Part shown: piece by piece, positions 9,579 through 20,045 of the stretch
Layout: each line of letters begins with the position of its first letter
Position numbering within the stretch: the stretch's first letter is position 1
Origin: Candidatus Parcubacteria bacterium
Lineage (GTDB): Bacteria > Patescibacteriota > Minisyncoccia > Phycocordibacterales > GCA-2747955
DNA length: 26,523 bases
Reading direction: 5' to 3'
Assembly (NCBI GenBank): GCA_027039745.1
Contig: JALUMP010000114.1
Span: 1 to 26,523 of the forward strand
Notes under the pieces: generated by a model
Database searches by the model: none
Seen by the model: the letters and a program-made list of their open reading frames with translations, nothing else
Told to the model about the DNA's origin: nothing
Made by a program: the position numbers and the translations under genes

Positions 9579-10763
9579 ATGAAAATTATATCAATAGAAA
9601 CATCCTGTGACGAAACAGCTATTTCGATACTTGATTTCCAAAAAAACAACAAATTTAAAATATTATCAGACTTGGTAGTATCACAAATAGATATTCACAA
9701 AAAATATGGTGGTGTTTACCCAAAACTAGCAAAAAGAGAGCATACTTCCAACCTCTTCCCTGTCTTTTTTCAATCTTTGAAAAAAGCAAAACTTTTAGAA
9801 AAAAGGAAGAAAGAAAGGGTGCTCGATAAACAAATATTGAGAAAACTAAACAAAATTTTAGACAGAGATGAGCACAATAAAGAGCTACTCATCGACTTTT
9901 TGCAAAATTATAAAACACCAAAACTTAATGCCATATCTGCAACATACGGACCAGGCTTAGAAATGGCATTATGAACAGGCTTTAATTTTGCTCGTGCTTT
10001 ATCTTTAATCTTTAATACCACTCTCGTTCCAGTCAACCATATGGAAGGTCATGTTTATGCATCACTTATAAAAAAAATATCTTCCAATAAATACAAAATT
10101 CAAAAAATATCTTACCCATCACTAGTAGTATTGATTTCTGGTGGGCATACCCAACTGCAACTGATTAAAAAACAACACTCCTACAAGCTTTTAGGCTCTA
10201 CATTAGATGATGCAGTAGGAGAAGCATATGACAAAACAGCAAGACTTCTCGGTATTGCCTACCCAGGAGGACCAGAGATCTCAAAACTAGCTGACTCTTT
10301 TGCAACATCCCCGGGATGTTGCAAAACTCGTGGATGTTGCAAAGTTACATTACCAAGACCTATGCTACATACTCAAAATTTTGACTTTTCTTTTTCTGGT
10401 CTTAAAACCGCAGTTTTATATATTGTTCAAAGTAAAAAAAGACTAACTAAAAAATTTAAACAAGAACTTTCTGCAGAATTTGAAAATGCAGTTTCTGATG
10501 TATTGATTGGTAAAACAAAAAAAGCTCTAATAAAATATAAAGCAAAAAATATTATCATAGGAGGAGGAGTAGCAGCCAACAACAGACTAAGAAAAGACTT
10601 TAGAGAACTCGCTAAAACTTTTAAAATAAAATCATACATACCACACAAAAAATACACAGGAGATAATGCTCTCATGATAGGTATTGCTGGATATTTAAGA
10701 TACAAAAACAAAAACTACCCAAAAAGGATAGCGCGAGTAAACGGCAATTTAAAATTAAAATAA
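9579..10763 (+). CDS. tsaD: tRNA N6-threonylcarbamoyladenosine synthase TsaD, 394 aa (table 4)
   Basis: SIETSCDETA, HKKYGGVYPKLAKREH, TYGPGLEMAL[TGA 9972-9974]TGFNFARAL, VNHMEGH, ISGGHTQL, DDAVGEAYDK, FSFSGLKTA, GGGVAAN, YTGDNALMI; has a ~45-aa insertion before the GPGL motif. Confidence 0.97.
10298..10343 (+). repeat. In-frame palindrome plus extra copy inside tsaD
   Basis: TTTTGCAACATCCC-C-GGGATGTTGCAAAA (10298-10326, 14-bp arms) and a further GGATGTTGCAAA (10332-10343); encodes FATSPGCCKTRGCCK. Confidence 0.85.
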
Positions 10764-11210
10764 TTCTTTTTTGAGAACCTGCGTTTTATGTTCAACAAAT
10801 CCAAGTTTTTTATATCAATCTTGAGCAATAACCTTACTTGAAGTAAGCTCTATTCTTTGTAAATCTTTTTCTTTTGAAATAGCTAAAATATTTTCCCAAA
10901 GCATCGTGCCAATACCATTTCTACGAAATTTTTTATCTACAACAACATCTTGAATATTACCAAACCGACCAAGAGGCTGAATATGCGGGATTAACGTAGC
11001 CAAAGCCACTAATGTTTTTGAATTATCTGTCATATCTCTTGCAGAAAATACATAGTTTCTTTTCATCACTTCTTGCCAGTGAGAAAAATCGTTAATTAAC
11101 TTTTTGTTTTTAACAAAAGCATTTAAACTCAACTGAAACAACAAATCATTGATTTGCGGCATATCTTTTTTCTCTATATCGTTTACAAAAACTTTAATTT
11201 CTTTTTCCAT
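10755..11210 (-). CDS. GNAT family N-acetyltransferase, 151 aa (table 4)
   Basis: GNIQDVVVDKKFRRNGIGTML (acetyl-CoA motif A), RIELTSS, AQD[TGA 10815-10817]YKKLGF (A..FY.KLGF motif) to TAA 10755-10757; start at ATG 11210 preferred over 11225, which would overlap dus. Confidence 0.9.
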
Positions 11211-11217
11211 ACAATAA

Positions 11218-12246
11218 TTATACATTGTTTTCTAAAAAATCTTGGCAAATTTTTTTTACCCCAGAGATAGTTTTTTCTTCCATAAGTTTTGTTCTTAAAG
11301 TTTTGGCTCCACCAAAACCATTAATATAAATCTTAAAAAACTTTTTCATTAACGCAAAAGTTTTTACTCATCTATCTTTTTTATAAAATTCTTCTTCAAA
11401 CAAATCCAAGTGGCTAAACATTACTTCTATTTTTTTTTCAACCAAAAAACTATCAAAATTGCCTCCTTCAAACAACGCTGGATTATAAAAAATGCCTCTT
11501 CCTACCATATAACCATCAAAACCAGAGCTTTCTAATTTTTCTTCACCCTCTTTTTTACTTTCTATGTCTCCATTGCCTATCAATACTGTTTCTGGAGAAA
11601 TCTTTTCTCTCATTTTATTTATCTGTTCTGCAAGCTCTCAATGGGCAGGCACTTTTGACATCTCTTTTCTTGTGCGTAAATGCACAATTAATGCTTGTGG
11701 TTTTAACTTGAGTAAAAATTTTATTCAGTCTAAGTCTATTTGGTTAAAACCAATTCTTGTTTTTATAGACATAGGGATATTGCCAGCGGCTTTTTTAGAA
11801 GCTAAAAATATCTTTTTAAATCTTTCTGGATCATTTATCAAAGCAGAACCAGAGCCCTGTTTTATTACAGCTTTGTCTGGGCAACCAGTATTTATATCTA
11901 TGCCTGCTGGATCAAACTTTTTAATAATTTTAATAGCTTGAAAAAATTTATCTGGATCTGAACCAAAAAGCTGAAATACTAAATTTTTGTTTTTTTTCTC
12001 GTGCTTTGTTTTTTTAAGCATTAAATAAAGCCTCTCTCTGCCACCTTCTGAACAAAGCCCATCTACAGAAACAAACTCTGTAAAAAAAATATCAGGTGCT
12101 CCTAAATCTGCCACTATTTGCCGAAAAGGTTTGTCTGTTACATCAAGCATAGGGGCTAAAATAGAAATTTTTCCAGCTTTTTCTAACTTTAATTTTTGCC
12201 AAATATTTTTATTAGATTTTTTAAAAATTTTTCCTCAATTGAACAT
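11218..12246 (-). CDS. dus: tRNA-dihydrouridine synthase, about 342 aa (table 4)
   Basis: LAPMLDVTD, FFTEFVS, QLFGSDP, GIDINTGCP (catalytic Cys), SIKTRIG, LD[TGA 11725]IKFLL, HLRTRKEMSKVPAH[TGA 11638]E, IGNGDI, DGYMVGRG, DR[TGA 11368]VKTFALMKKFFK, GAKTLR; TAA 11218-11220. Start at 12246 (with TGA at codon 4) is less certain. Confidence 0.93.
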
Positions 12247-12288
12247 TTTTATATTCTAACATACTCTAATAGGATATATCTTTGATAC

Positions 12289-12461
12289 AACAATCGCTCG
12301 TTCGGTTATAAAAATTAAATTTCATTTCATGAGCTTAATTTTTTCAACTCTCACTTCGCTATGTTATATAAAGATTATATAACAGTCGCTCGTTCGGTTA
12401 TAAAGAAATAGGTTTTACTACATTCACCAATTTTTTACAACTCTCACTTCGCTATGTTATA
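12289..12461. repeat. Tandem pair of bipartite structured repeats in the divergent dus/pcrA intergenic region
   Basis: TCGCTCGTTCGGTTATAAA at 12294-12312 and 12386-12404; CAACTCTCACTTCGCTATGTTATA at 12345-12368 and 12438-12461; different sequences between them; junction palindrome TGTTATATA-AAGAT-TATATAACA 12362-12384. Confidence 0.88.
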
Positions 12462-12463
12462 AT
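12455..12463 (+). promoter_or_regulatory. Putative extended -10 promoter (TGnTATAAT) of pcrA
   Basis: TGTTATAAT ending 7 nt before ATG 12471; formed by the end of the second repeat unit. Confidence 0.6.
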
Positions 12464-12470
12464 ACCCTAA

Positions 12471-14444
12471 ATGGCAAAAATTACTCTAAACAAACAACAA
12501 TCAAAAGCTGCCAACACATTGTCAGGGCCTGTTTTAATACTTGCAGGAGCAGGAGCTGGAAAGACCATGACTTTAACAGCAAGAATCATAAAACTTATTT
12601 CTTCTGGAATTATGCCTCAAAATATTTTAGCGATTACTTTCACCAACAAAGCGGCTGGAGAAATGAGAGAAAGAATCACAAAAGCTATATCTAAAAACTC
12701 TAAAATAAATTTCTCTACTTTAGAGCTGGGTATGACACCTTTTGTCTCCACTTTTCACGCCTTAGGAGTTTTTATTATTAGAGAAAACCATCAGAAACTT
12801 GGTATATCAAAATATTTTTCTATCTACGATAGAGCAGATTCTAGAAAAGCTTTAAAAGAAGCCCTAAAGAAACTATCTCTTGACCCAAAAGAATGAGACT
12901 TAAGGATGCTTATTTCCGTAATTTCTAAAAACAAAGGAAATTTTTTAGATCATAAAAATTTTACAAAAATAGCTAAAAATAACTTTCACACAAAAACAAT
13001 TTCAGATATCTGAAATAAATATGAAGAAATAAAAAAAGAAGATAAAGCTCTTGATTTTGACGACCTCCTTTTAAAAACAGCACAATTATTAGATAATGAT
13101 AAAAGTATAAGAGAACATTACCAAAAAAAATGAAGCCATATCCATATAGACGAATACCAAGATACCAACAAAGTCCAAAATAAAATCGCAGAACTTTTAA
13201 CCAACCCAGAAACAAAAAATATTTTTGCTGTTGGTGATGATGACCAATCTGTATATGCATGAAGAGGATCTGACATAAAAAATATTTTAGATTTTGAAAA
13301 AAAACATAATGCCCATAAAATATTTATGGAGCAAAACTATCGTTCTTCTGGAAATATTATTGAAGCATCTAACGCTGTTATAGCGAAAAACAAAGACCGA
13401 TATCCTAAAAAACTTTTTACAGAAAGCCCCGCTGGAGAAGAGATAATCTTATACTCTTCTTTTTCAGAAAAAGAAGAAGCCCGTGCAATTGCTGCTAAAA
13501 TAAAAGAGAGATTAAAATATAATAAAAAAATAAATGAAAATGATATAGCAATTTTATATAGAGCTAATTTTCAATCACGAGTTTTAGAAGAAGCTATGCT
13601 TACAGAAAATATACCTTACCAAGTTTTAGGTACAAAATTTTTTGATAGAGCTGAAGTAAAAGATATTATGTCTTATATTAAAGCTTCTCAAAACCCAACC
13701 TCACTCGTTGACTTAAAAAGAATTATCAACTCTCCAAAAAGAGGTATTGGCAAAGTCTCGGTTGTAAAAATATTTTCTGGAGATACGTCAACACTTTCTG
13801 CAAAAGCTCAAACTTCTTACAAAGATTTTTTAAAAATCTTAGAAAAAATTAAACAATATTCTAAAAACCATACCCCATCAGAACTCATAAAATTTACTAT
13901 AAAAGAATCTGGTTTTGAAAAAATGTTTAAAAACCAAAAAACAGACGAGGCTAATGAAAGACTTGCCAACACTTACGAGCTTGCTTTGTTTGCTGAAAAA
14001 TACGATATTTTAGAAAAAGAAGAAGCTTTACTGAAATTTTTTGAGGATGTAGCACTAATCTCTGACCAAGATAGCAAAAAAGATAGCAAAAAAAAGCCCT
14101 CTGTAAAGCTAATGACTATCCACGCTTCAAAAGGACTTGAATTTGATACTGTATTTTTAACAGGGGCTGAAGAGCATTTTTTCTCTCCTTTAGAAACCGA
14201 AAGTTCTGAAAAAGAAGCTGAAAAAAAAGAAGAAGAAAGAAGACTTTTTTATGTAGCCATGACAAGAGCTAAAAATCTACTATTTATCTCATGGTCTGGT
14301 ATGCGAACAATCTACGGAAAAACAGAAACCAATGACTTAGTTTCTTTCGTACTTGATATTCCACATAACTTAATAAAAGAAGACTCAACCTTTCAAAATT
14401 TTAAAGACGACAATGACGATGAAATAGAGTATTTAGAATGGTAA
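12471..14444 (+). CDS. pcrA: ATP-dependent DNA helicase PcrA/UvrD, 657 aa (table 4)
   Basis: Walker [36 protein letters not shown][TGA 13131][22 protein letters not shown][TGA 13260][46 protein letters not shown]; other TGA at 12894 and 13011; ends TGG-TAA. Confidence 0.97.
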
Positions 14445-14451
14445 TATTTAA

Positions 14452-15063
14452 TTACCTAGTCTTTATATCTTCTTCCCCAAACTCAGAAACTCAAAATGCT
14501 TGACCATCAACCTCGACTACCTTTCCGTGAAAACCTTGCTCTGTTGAAACAATCGTATCTATACCAGCTTCCGAAAAATAAAATGTATCAGCCACTTCAT
14601 TTTTTTCTTTAGAATATCTTTCAATTTTTACAACTACTTTTCCTTCTTGATTTTTTTCAAATCCAACCACTTCATTATAAAAATTATCTGTAATATTATA
14701 TCTATAACCAACAACCTTGACTGTTTTTAAACTTTCTTGATTAGCAGTAACCAATTTATCACCTTGTTGATATATACCATTTTCTACTAAAACTAGAGGT
14801 TTTTCTTGTTGTTTTGTATTATCTGTATTTAAAACTAATCCTCCTATAATTATAGCTGGAGCGAGAGAGACAAAAGGAGTAAATGTCATCAAATACTTTT
14901 TAACTTTTTTATTTTTGTCATTTTTTTCTGCTTTTTTAAAAGAATCAAAAAAAACTTTAAGTTTATTTACAACTTCTTCACCATTTTCCCGCCCTTTATC
15001 AAAACTTTTTTTAACATCATCCACTGTTAATACTTCTACTTTTGGTTGCCAATTTTCTTTCAT
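14452..15063 (-). CDS. Hypothetical membrane-anchored protein, about 203 aa (table 4)
   Basis: ATG 15063 (MKENWQPKVEVL), one TM segment (FTPFVSLAPAIIIGGLVL), beta-rich C-terminus; TGA 14491-14493 read through to TAA 14452-14454. Confidence 0.65.
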
Positions 15064-15170
15064 AATTAAGTTATCATACACAATATTTATATATTTGTCA
15101 ATATATACAATATTAAAAAACAAGTGATAATACAACTTGTTTTTTTATGTTATATTTTTTAATAGTCAAT

Positions 15171-15923
15171 CTAATTTTCAATTTTATAAGTGATTGAAAT
15201 ATTTTTTGTAATTTTTTGCTCTCCAGGATTAATCTCTGGCAGCTCAACACTCTTTCCTAAAGCTACTGGCTCAGCAAAATCCATTTTTTCATATTGAGGA
15301 TAATAATTTCTGCCACTACCTGATTCTGAAAAACCAACTATTTTTATTAAATCAACACCTAATTCTGAAGCTAACTTTTTAGCTTTACTTTTTGCGTCAT
15401 CAATAGCGATTTCTCTTAAAGAATCTTGAACTTCATCCAAACGATCAATAAACATATTTGGACCATTTAAATCATCTACTTTTTGTTCAACAATTTTTGC
15501 TAAAACTTTTGGTGTATTTTCTAAATCTCTTACAACAACAGAAACATTTTGTCGCACTCTGTAACCAATAAAATCTCTTTTTCCTTCGTTTCAATTATAT
15601 TCTGGAGTCAAAGAATAAGTAGTTGTTTTTATATCTTTCTTATCTATATCTAAATCTTTTAATACTTCTACTACTTTTTTTGTTTTTTTGTTTACATAGT
15701 TTGCAATATTTTTTTGATCGTTGCCTCTCTTTGTTATATAGAATGATATTCTAGCAGTATCTGGAGCAACTTGTTTTTCAGCTTTTCCAGAAACTGTAAT
15801 AGTATTATTGTTTTGTTCTGAAACATCTAAATCCATTTTTAATGTATGAGTTTGAAATAACCCAAAACCTAAAATAACAACAGCGGCAGTTAATAAAATA
15901 TTTGTAATTGTTTTATTTTTCAT
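15171..15923 (-). CDS. SIMPL domain (DUF541/YggE-like) protein, 250 aa (table 4)
   Basis: N-terminal TM, TITVSGKAEKQVAPDTARISF, DIKTTTYSLTPEYN[TGA 15591-15593]NEGKRDFIGYRVRQNVSV, AIDDAKSKAKKLASELGV, INPGEQKITKNISITY; TAG stop. Confidence 0.93.
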
Positions 15924-15967
15924 ATAATTATATTAAATTTATTAATATAATCATTATACATCACGGT

Positions 15968-16633
15968 TTACAAAATTGGTAATGAAATAGCTAAAAATTC
16001 AAAAATATAATAAAAACCAACATTTTTATGAGAAAGTTTTTTTTTGATTTCTATAAAATCTTTAAATACTCTTGGAAAATTTCGAATCTTTTCTCGTTGC
16101 ATCACTAAAGCGTTCTCCAATGATTCAATAAATTGTAAATATTCTGCCTGATTAAGTTTTTTAATAATTTTTGTTCTATCTTTATATTTAGATTTCAAAA
16201 AAACTCGACCAATTTCATCTTTTTCTTGAGATATTATTTTAATTATTTGAGCTCTTGATTTTATTGTATCTAAAAGTAAATTAACAGAATTAACTAAAAG
16301 AAAAAAAACAGTATTATCGACAGGTTCTTCAAAAGTTTTTAGTAAAGCGTTCTGACTTATTCTACTTATATATTGAAAATCTAAAATAAAAACACGTAAC
16401 TCTTTTATTTTTCCGTTACCCGTTGTATTAATTTCTTTTATTTTTCTAACCTGGTCTACTTTTAAGTCAACTCCTGAAAAATAAAACAACTCAGAGCTAT
16501 TTTTTTTTATATTATATTTTTTTTGTAAAAAAATAAAAACTTCTTCTGTATTTTTTTTATTATTTCCAGAAATTATATAAAGAGACGCTAACTGCCCACT
16601 GTTCTGATTCAAAACATTTACTAAATCGTTCAT
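15968..16633 (-). CDS. holB: DNA polymerase III delta-prime-like subunit (reduced), 221 aa
   Basis: LKVDQVRKI, SRISQNALLKTFEEP..TVFFLLVNS...LLDTIKSR are HolB/clamp-loader motifs; Walker A and Zn cluster absent. Confidence 0.8.
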   Translation of the reverse strand: MNDLVNVLNQNSGQLASLYIISGNNKKNTEEVFIFLQKKYNIKKNSSELFYFSGVDLKVDQVRKIKEINTTGNGKIKELRVFILDFQYISRISQNALLKTFEEPVDNTVFFLLVNSVNLLLDTIKSRAQIIKIISQEKDEIGRVFLKSKYKDRTKIIKKLNQAEYLQFIESLENALVMQREKIRNFPRVFKDFIEIKKKLSHKNVGFYYIFEFLAISLPIL

Positions 16634-16634
16634 A

Positions 16635-18182
16635 TTAATATTTTTTATCTTGTTTATGTTTTTCTCAATATGCCTTAATTTTTCTTCTAGCTGTATTAGT
16701 TTTTACAAAATCAAGTCATTTTAAATTTGGACTTTCATTTTTTCTTGATTCTAACTCTACTACATCACCATTTCTAAGCTCTGTATCTAATGATTTAAAA
16801 ATCCCATTAATTTTAGCTCCTACAATGGTATCCCCTAAACTACTGTGCACATAATATGCAAAATCCACAGGAGTAGAACCGACAGGTAAATCAATAACAT
16901 CACCAATTGGTGTAAAAGCAAAAATTCTATCTGAAAAAAAATCATCTTTTAGTCTTGTTTCAAAATCAAAAGCTTCGGGGTTATCGGAATGCTCTGCAAG
17001 CTCTTGTATTCATTTGATCTTATTCTTTTTATCATCTTTTCCGACTTCCTGCTTCTTAGAAAAAACTCTAAAAACTTTTGAGACTCAATCAGAATCTTGA
17101 GAATTATATTTTAATCCCATTTGTTTAGCTTTATAACCTAAATGCGAAGCTGCCCCATACTCAGCTTCAGCATGCATTTTGTCAGTTCTTATTTGCACCT
17201 CAACAACACCACCATGTCCTGTAAAAATTGTAGTATGAATTGACTGATAACCATTTGGTTTTGGTAAAGCAATATAGTCCTTAATTCTTCCCGCCATTGG
17301 TTTAAAGTTTTTATGAATCACCCCCAAAACTTTATAACAATCACCAACTGTTGGTACAATTATTCTCAACGCAATAATATCATATACATTTTCAGCATGT
17401 CACTTTTTTTTAATTAATTTTTTATATAGTGATACTATGGCCTTTGTTCTACTTGTTAATTTAAATTTTTTTATTTTAGCGGCAACCAACTTTTTTGTAA
17501 TTGATCGACTGACCTGCTCTAAATTCCTTTTATTTTCCTTTGATCTTTCTTTCAAAATATTTCTTATTTTTCTATATTTTTCTGGAAAAACATATTTAAA
17601 AGATAAATCACCTAAAGCCTTTGATAAAGTAGTAATCCCTAACCTATAAGCAAGTTGTGTATAAATTTCTAATGATTCTGTAGCAATTCTTATTTGTTTC
17701 TCACGTGGTAAAAAATCTAATGTTGTTAAATTGTGCAATCTATCTGCAAATTTAATAATAAGAACTCTAATATCTTGAGATGTCGCAACAAAAAGTTTTC
17801 TCAACGATTCGTTATGTCTACGCATTCCACGATATTTAATGTGCCCTAATTTTGTAACTCCTTCCACTAGAAATAATATTTCTACTCCAAAAACTTTTTC
17901 AATCTCTTCTCTCGTTGCTGCTCCATCTTCTATAGAATCATGCAAAAGACCAGCAGAAATCACAATCCCATCCATTCCTAAATTAGATAAGTTTTGTGCT
18001 GTTGCAACTAAATGATAAAAATAAGGGTCTCCAGACTGTCTTACTTGCCCTTCATGTTTACTTTTAGCAAATAAGTAAGCTTTTTTTATAATTTCACGAT
18101 CTTTTTTGGTTAATTCGAGATTTAAATTAAAAATACTTTCTAATGAAAAATCTTTCTTTTTTTTATCGTTAGACGCTGTCAT
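16635..18182 (-). CDS. rel: RelA/SpoT homolog (HD hydrolase + synthetase + TGS), 515 aa (table 4)
   Basis: HEGQVRQSGDPYFYH, GLLHDSIED, IKFADRLHN, YDIIALRII, RIKDYIALPKPNGYQSIHT, EVQIRT, AEYGAASH, TGS FAFTPIGDVIDLPVGSTPVDFAY; TGA at 17400, 17085, 17010 (K-W-IQEL), 16716 (PNLK-W-LDFVKT), 16665; TAA 16635-16637. Confidence 0.95.
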
Positions 18183-18255
18183 CCTATAATTATGACATAA
18201 AACAAAAAGAAAACCAAAAAACTTCCAAGTTCAAGCTTTGTCCTAAGCTAAATTC

Positions 18256-19551
18256 TTATTTTTTAAATAATAAATCAACTTCAGAAAATGCATTTTGAAC
18301 AGATTTATTTGGAGTATATTTTCCACCATAAATAGACTCAATCATAAATTTAAAAATATCATAAGTTTTTTCAAAATCTGGATCAATAAATGATTGAGCA
18401 TATATTGCTTCTTTATAGAAAATATCCATATAAATATCACTTGCTGGTTGTGACAATAAATCTCTTCTCACAGGGGGGAGATTAAGTTTTTTAGAAATTA
18501 TTTTTTGTGCTTCTTTCCCTGCAAACTCTGTTGCAACAATCATAGCCCCATTTTTATTTTTAGCAACTTTCGGAATAGCCAAAGCATACACTTTTGCAAA
18601 AACAGATTTTCTTTCTGCCCCAGACACAGCAGGAATTTCTGCTATATCAAAAATTAAATTAGGATTTTTCTTTCTGATGTCTGCGATTTCAGAAGCAAAA
18701 CCAAAATACGTTGCTAATTTCCCACTTAAGAAAAATTGTTTAGAATTTGGTAGTGATTTATTTCAAGAATAAGATGGACTTGTTTGATTTGAAAATTCCA
18801 TAAAAAATCGAATAGGTGCAGCTTGGTCACTATTTTGGTTTATATTTTTAATTGTTCTATATTCTCCTTTTCTTCTTTCAATAATAGGATTTCCTAATTG
18901 CAAAAATAAATTAATCAATATTTCTTTAAAATTTTCTACATTTGAAACTACCCCAAAAGAAATAGCAGAACGCTTGATATTTTCTTTATTATCGACAATT
19001 GTCAATTTTTTTGGTAAGTCAATAAATTCTTCTCATAATTTTGGTGGAGTTGCTATAGAATTAGAAGCAAATATACTTTTATTATAATACATAATAAGCG
19101 GGTCTACTGAAAAAGGAAAAGCATATATACCATCTGTATCTGTAAAAGTCGCAAAAACATCTACAAAATTAGATAAATATTCTCTCACTGGATAAACTTT
19201 ATTTGGAATTTTATATATTTTATTTAAATTAAAATAAAAATCTTCATTTGAAATCAACAACAAATCTGGAGATTTTCCTGATGCGAGTTCTTCTAATAAC
19301 TCAGTTTGATATGTATTTTTATCTTTTTGAACATAAGAAACCCCCTGTAAACCGTTATTTTGCTTCTTAACATCTATTAAAATTGACTCCATTATATTTT
19401 TATCAAGAGTCCCTCAAATAACTACTTTTCCAACAACATCTTTTGATTTTTTGCCACCCTTATATGTTGCAAACAACAAAAAACCAACAGCCATCAAACC
19501 AAGAAATATTGCTAACATTATCATTCCAAAAGCAGACGTTTTATTATTCAT
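18256..19551 (-). CDS. Membrane-anchored extracellular solute-binding protein (sugar ABC SBP family 1-like), 431 aa (table 4)
   Basis: ATG 19551, TM anchor, VVI[TGA 19414]GTL, ELASGKSPDL, YAFPFSVDPLIMYYNKSIF, PPKL[TGA 19033]EEF, YS[TGA 18763]NKSLP, FLSGKLATYFGFASE; three track ORFs in one frame; TAA stop. Confidence 0.9.
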
Positions 19552-19587
19552 ACAAATATTATACTAAAATAAGGAATGAATACAAAC

Positions 19588-19876
19588 TTGAATCCTACTA
19601 GGTGCACAGGACTCGTCCGTGATAAAAACAAAGCTAACGCTTTGTTTTTAATGTTTGAAATAGGATTTGGCTAACCTCACTGAAAAATCAAAACTCACTT
19701 TATTCGTTTGATTTTTCTAGTGCCTTAGCCATTCCGCTTGTGGTTTAATACTCAAAAATATATACTCGCTTTGCTCGTATATTTTTGGTATAAAACATAC
19801 TTCGCTTTTTTCAAATCCTACCGGGCGCTACAAAACATATTAAAAACAAAGCTAACGCTTTGTTTTTAATGTTTTG
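19588..19876. repeat. Composite palindromic trailer downstream of tRNA-Tyr
   Basis: 34-nt exact direct repeat TAAAAACAAAGCTAACGCTTTGTTTTTAATGTTT at 19623-19656 and 19841-19874; 19-nt inverted copy of the tRNA 3' end at 19810-19828; degenerate copy at 19588-19607; hairpins at 19669-19730 and 19743-19796. Confidence 0.88.
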
Positions 19877-19959
19877 TGCGCCCGGTAGGATTTGAACCTA
19901 CGTAGGAATCATCCGGCGGATTTACAGTCCGCTGCTTTTGACCACTCAGCCACAGACGC
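19877..19959 (-). tRNA. trnY: tRNA-Tyr (anticodon GTA), long variable arm, CCA not encoded
   Basis: Reverse complement GCGTCTG-TG-GCTGAGTGGTCAAAAGC-A-GCGGA-CTGTAAA-TCCGC-CGGATGATTCCTAC-GTAGG-TTCAAAT-CCTAC-CGGGCGC-A. Confidence 0.95.
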
Positions 19960-20045
19960 ATAAAAGTTTTAATATTTTATCATAAAAAAGCTTATATGCA
20001 AAAAATATTATTTGATATTTAACATATCTGTTATAATATAAATAT

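Noticed and set aside
12289-12461. Mini CRISPR array
   Set aside because: Only two units, two different alternating conserved arms rather than one repeat, and no cas genes in the window.
19588-19896. Intact prophage or integrative element at tRNA-Tyr
   Set aside because: No integrase, transposase or phage gene nearby; flanking genes are housekeeping.
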